Shown here piece by piece: positions 62,425 to 64,000 of a stretch of 64,000 nucleotides of DNA (position 1 is its first letter; each line of letters starts with the position of its first letter). A program made the translations under genes and the position numbers. This DNA comes from Chloroherpetonaceae bacterium. Its GTDB lineage: Bacteria > Bacteroidota > Chlorobiia > Chlorobiales > Thermochlorobacteraceae. The notes under the pieces were generated by a model. It did no database searches and was not told where the DNA came from. It saw nothing but the letters and a program-made list of their open reading frames with translations. The stretch lies in NCBI GenBank assembly GCA_025056565.1, contig JANWWA010000003.1:100263-164262 (forward strand), in the 5' to 3' direction.

Positions 62425-63825
62425 TTAAAGAGAAAACCCGCTACGGCTGCGACCAAAAGAGCCAAAGCGCCCTGCACGCAGCCCTGTCATTCTGCCAGTG
62501 GTTGAGGAAACACGCATTGAGACGCGTCCGAACCCTGTAGGTTTCACACGCCCGACCCCAGTTGCTAAACCAGTAGTGCGTGACGAGAAGAGGGTAGGTC
62601 GGCGCACAGGGGTATAGGTTGGTGCAGAAAGTGTACGTGGCGCTGTAGTGCTACGGTAGTAGCCGTAGTCGTATCGTGGGTAGTAAATGGGCGATGGTAT
62701 GAACATCGGGTAGTAGAAGAAAAACCAAGGTGCAAAGCCGGGCATACCGCCGTAGTAAAACGGAGTGTAACCTGCACTGTAGCGCGCTACCGTATCATTG
62801 CCGACCAGCTGCGAAGAATCCACAGCGGCTTTAGGCAGTGTCGAGGTGATGCCAGCCTCAGGGGTAGGCGGCCTGAAATCTGAGAGCTTAATCATTGAGA
62901 CCGTAAGCCCTTTTTCCTTGTAAGATGCAAAATCTTCGTTAAGGTCATCGAGTTCCTGCGAGCGGCTTTCGTCAGGGCTGCAGTAGAGCACGCTCTTAAT
63001 GCCGAGTTTTTCGAAGTTTTCAGCGGTCGGCACTTTTGCGATGTAACGGTTATCAAACTTGGTCTCTGCGTCAGTGTTTTCGCTGTAGGGCAGAAGGCGA
63101 TTGCTGTCGAGCAACATCACCATTGGCGCTTTTTCAGGTCGGATTTTTGCTTTTTGCGAAACCTCTTCGGCATAGTAAAGCATAGCGCCCAGTGTTTGCT
63201 GCGAGGGCACTACGCCGATTGGATGAGGCCAGTTGTCAAAGCCAATGACAAGGTTTGCCACATCTGCCATGGCGGCGCCAAACGCAACGCTTTCTTCGCC
63301 TTCAAGGTCGACGATGAGTGCTACTGTGTCGGGATTTTTGCTTTGCTTCAAAAGCTCCTTCATTCCCAAGCCTCGCGAGTAGGCCTCTTTCATCTTGGGC
63401 GTAAAGACGGGTGCCATCTGGCTTTTGAGCGAAGGTTGTGCCAGTGCTTGCACTAAGGTGTTCACCACAAAAGGCTTGAACTCCGCACGGGTCGGCTGGT
63501 ATGCTTGAAGCAAGGCTTCAGGCTCTAAATACATTGTCCAGCTTAGCGAGTGGCCGCTGTCGTGGGTTTGCTTGCCGTTCAAAGCAAGTGGCTTATCAGG
63601 TGAGCCGACATTCCAGCCTTCCTTGCGCTGCAGTTCGGTGGTGTCCACGACAATTTCCTCTTCGTCTTCCAAGTCACAACCTTGCAGGATACCTGCGGTA
63701 GAAAGCAATGCCGAAAGTGAGACGAGCTGCAGCAAGCGCTGATTTGCCTCTCGGCGTGAAATCATCTCATGCCACCAATCTGCACCGTGCTTTTGCACAT
63801 TGGATTGGGAAGTGTGCTCTGACAT
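62425..63825 (-). CDS. Hypothetical Tat-signal lipoprotein with aromatic and Arg/Gly/Ser-rich C-terminal tail
   Basis: SRREANQRLLQLVSLSALLSTAGILQGC gives a twin-Arg motif, an h-region and a lipobox Cys50. An alternative start lies at Met21 (63765). The last roughly 115 aa are low-complexity (YYGGMPGFAPWFFFYYPMFIPSPIYYPRYDYGYY, then an R/G/S/T-rich stretch). Confidence 0.6.
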   Translation of the reverse strand: MSEHTSQSNVQKHGADWWHEMISRREANQRLLQLVSLSALLSTAGILQGCDLEDEEEIVVDTTELQRKEGWNVGSPDKPLALNGKQTHDSGHSLSWTMYLEPEALLQAYQPTRAEFKPFVVNTLVQALAQPSLKSQMAPVFTPKMKEAYSRGLGMKELLKQSKNPDTVALIVDLEGEESVAFGAAMADVANLVIGFDNWPHPIGVVPSQQTLGAMLYYAEEVSQKAKIRPEKAPMVMLLDSNRLLPYSENTDAETKFDNRYIAKVPTAENFEKLGIKSVLYCSPDESRSQELDDLNEDFASYKEKGLTVSMIKLSDFRPPTPEAGITSTLPKAAVDSSQLVGNDTVARYSAGYTPFYYGGMPGFAPWFFFYYPMFIPSPIYYPRYDYGYYRSTTAPRTLSAPTYTPVRRPTLFSSRTTGLATGVGRVKPTGFGRVSMRVSSTTGRMTGLRAGRFGSFGRSRSGFSL

Positions 63826-63839
63826 AAATCATCTAAGAG

Positions 63840-64000
63840 TTACGATTCTGCCACAAAGGTTGCAGCGCAAGGCGTGGTGTAATCAGTCGGTAGTGGAGTG
63901 TGGTTTTCGGTGCAACCTTTGGAGACACGTGTGTAAAACCCGGCAGCTTTGCCTCCAATCAAATAAACACCAAAATTTGCAACACCGCCTTGCGGCAACA
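63840..64000 (-). CDS. 3' end of an unidentified gene (52 codons plus stop), 5' part outside the window
   Basis: The minus-strand frame is open from the window edge and reads LPQGGVANFGVYLIGGKAAGFYTRVSKGCTENHTPLPTDYTTPCAATFVAES-stop. The stop is at 63840..63842, 14 nt before the next gene start. Confidence 0.45.
   Translation of the reverse strand, partial: LPQGGVANFGVYLIGGKAAGFYTRVSKGCTENHTPLPTDYTTPCAATFVAES

Overview
This window reads as a largely housekeeping chromosomal segment, about 50% GC, from a Gram-negative bacterium of the FCB group. A Chlorobi, Ignavibacteria or Kapabacteria-like lineage is my guess. It rests on two proteins ending in the NYPNPFNP-type T9SS C-terminal sorting domain, on the rpoB/rpoC sequence style, and on AGGAG ribosome-binding sites; lineage confidence is low. 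All identifications come from motif recognition on the supplied translations, with no database search.

I call about 47 protein genes. They include rpoB-rpoC, the efp-accB-accC cluster, HU, YebC, glyQS, adk, rlmN, clpS, mltG, glgP, a 1910-aa thioester-containing alpha-2-macroglobulin lipoprotein, two orphan sensor kinases, several peptidases and glycosyltransferases. There is also one tRNA-Gln(UUG) and several rho-independent terminators. I found no transposase, integrase, CRISPR array, restriction-modification system, toxin-antitoxin pair or recognisable defence cassette, and no obvious compositional island.

I cannot point to a convincing novel system. The best candidates for a second look are:
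- an uncharacterised minus-strand operon at the right edge (61771..64000), pairing a Tat-type lipoprotein that has an aromatic and Arg/Gly/Ser-rich tail with a DUF1517-like protein;
- a ClpB gene that stops after NBD1 (7366..8694);
- an 888-aa signal-peptide protein with no family I recognise, possibly Ig-like domains plus a beta-barrel (4632..7298);
- an EF-P whose modification-loop tip is Asn rather than Lys or Arg;
- a HAD-fold protein lacking the catalytic Asp residues.
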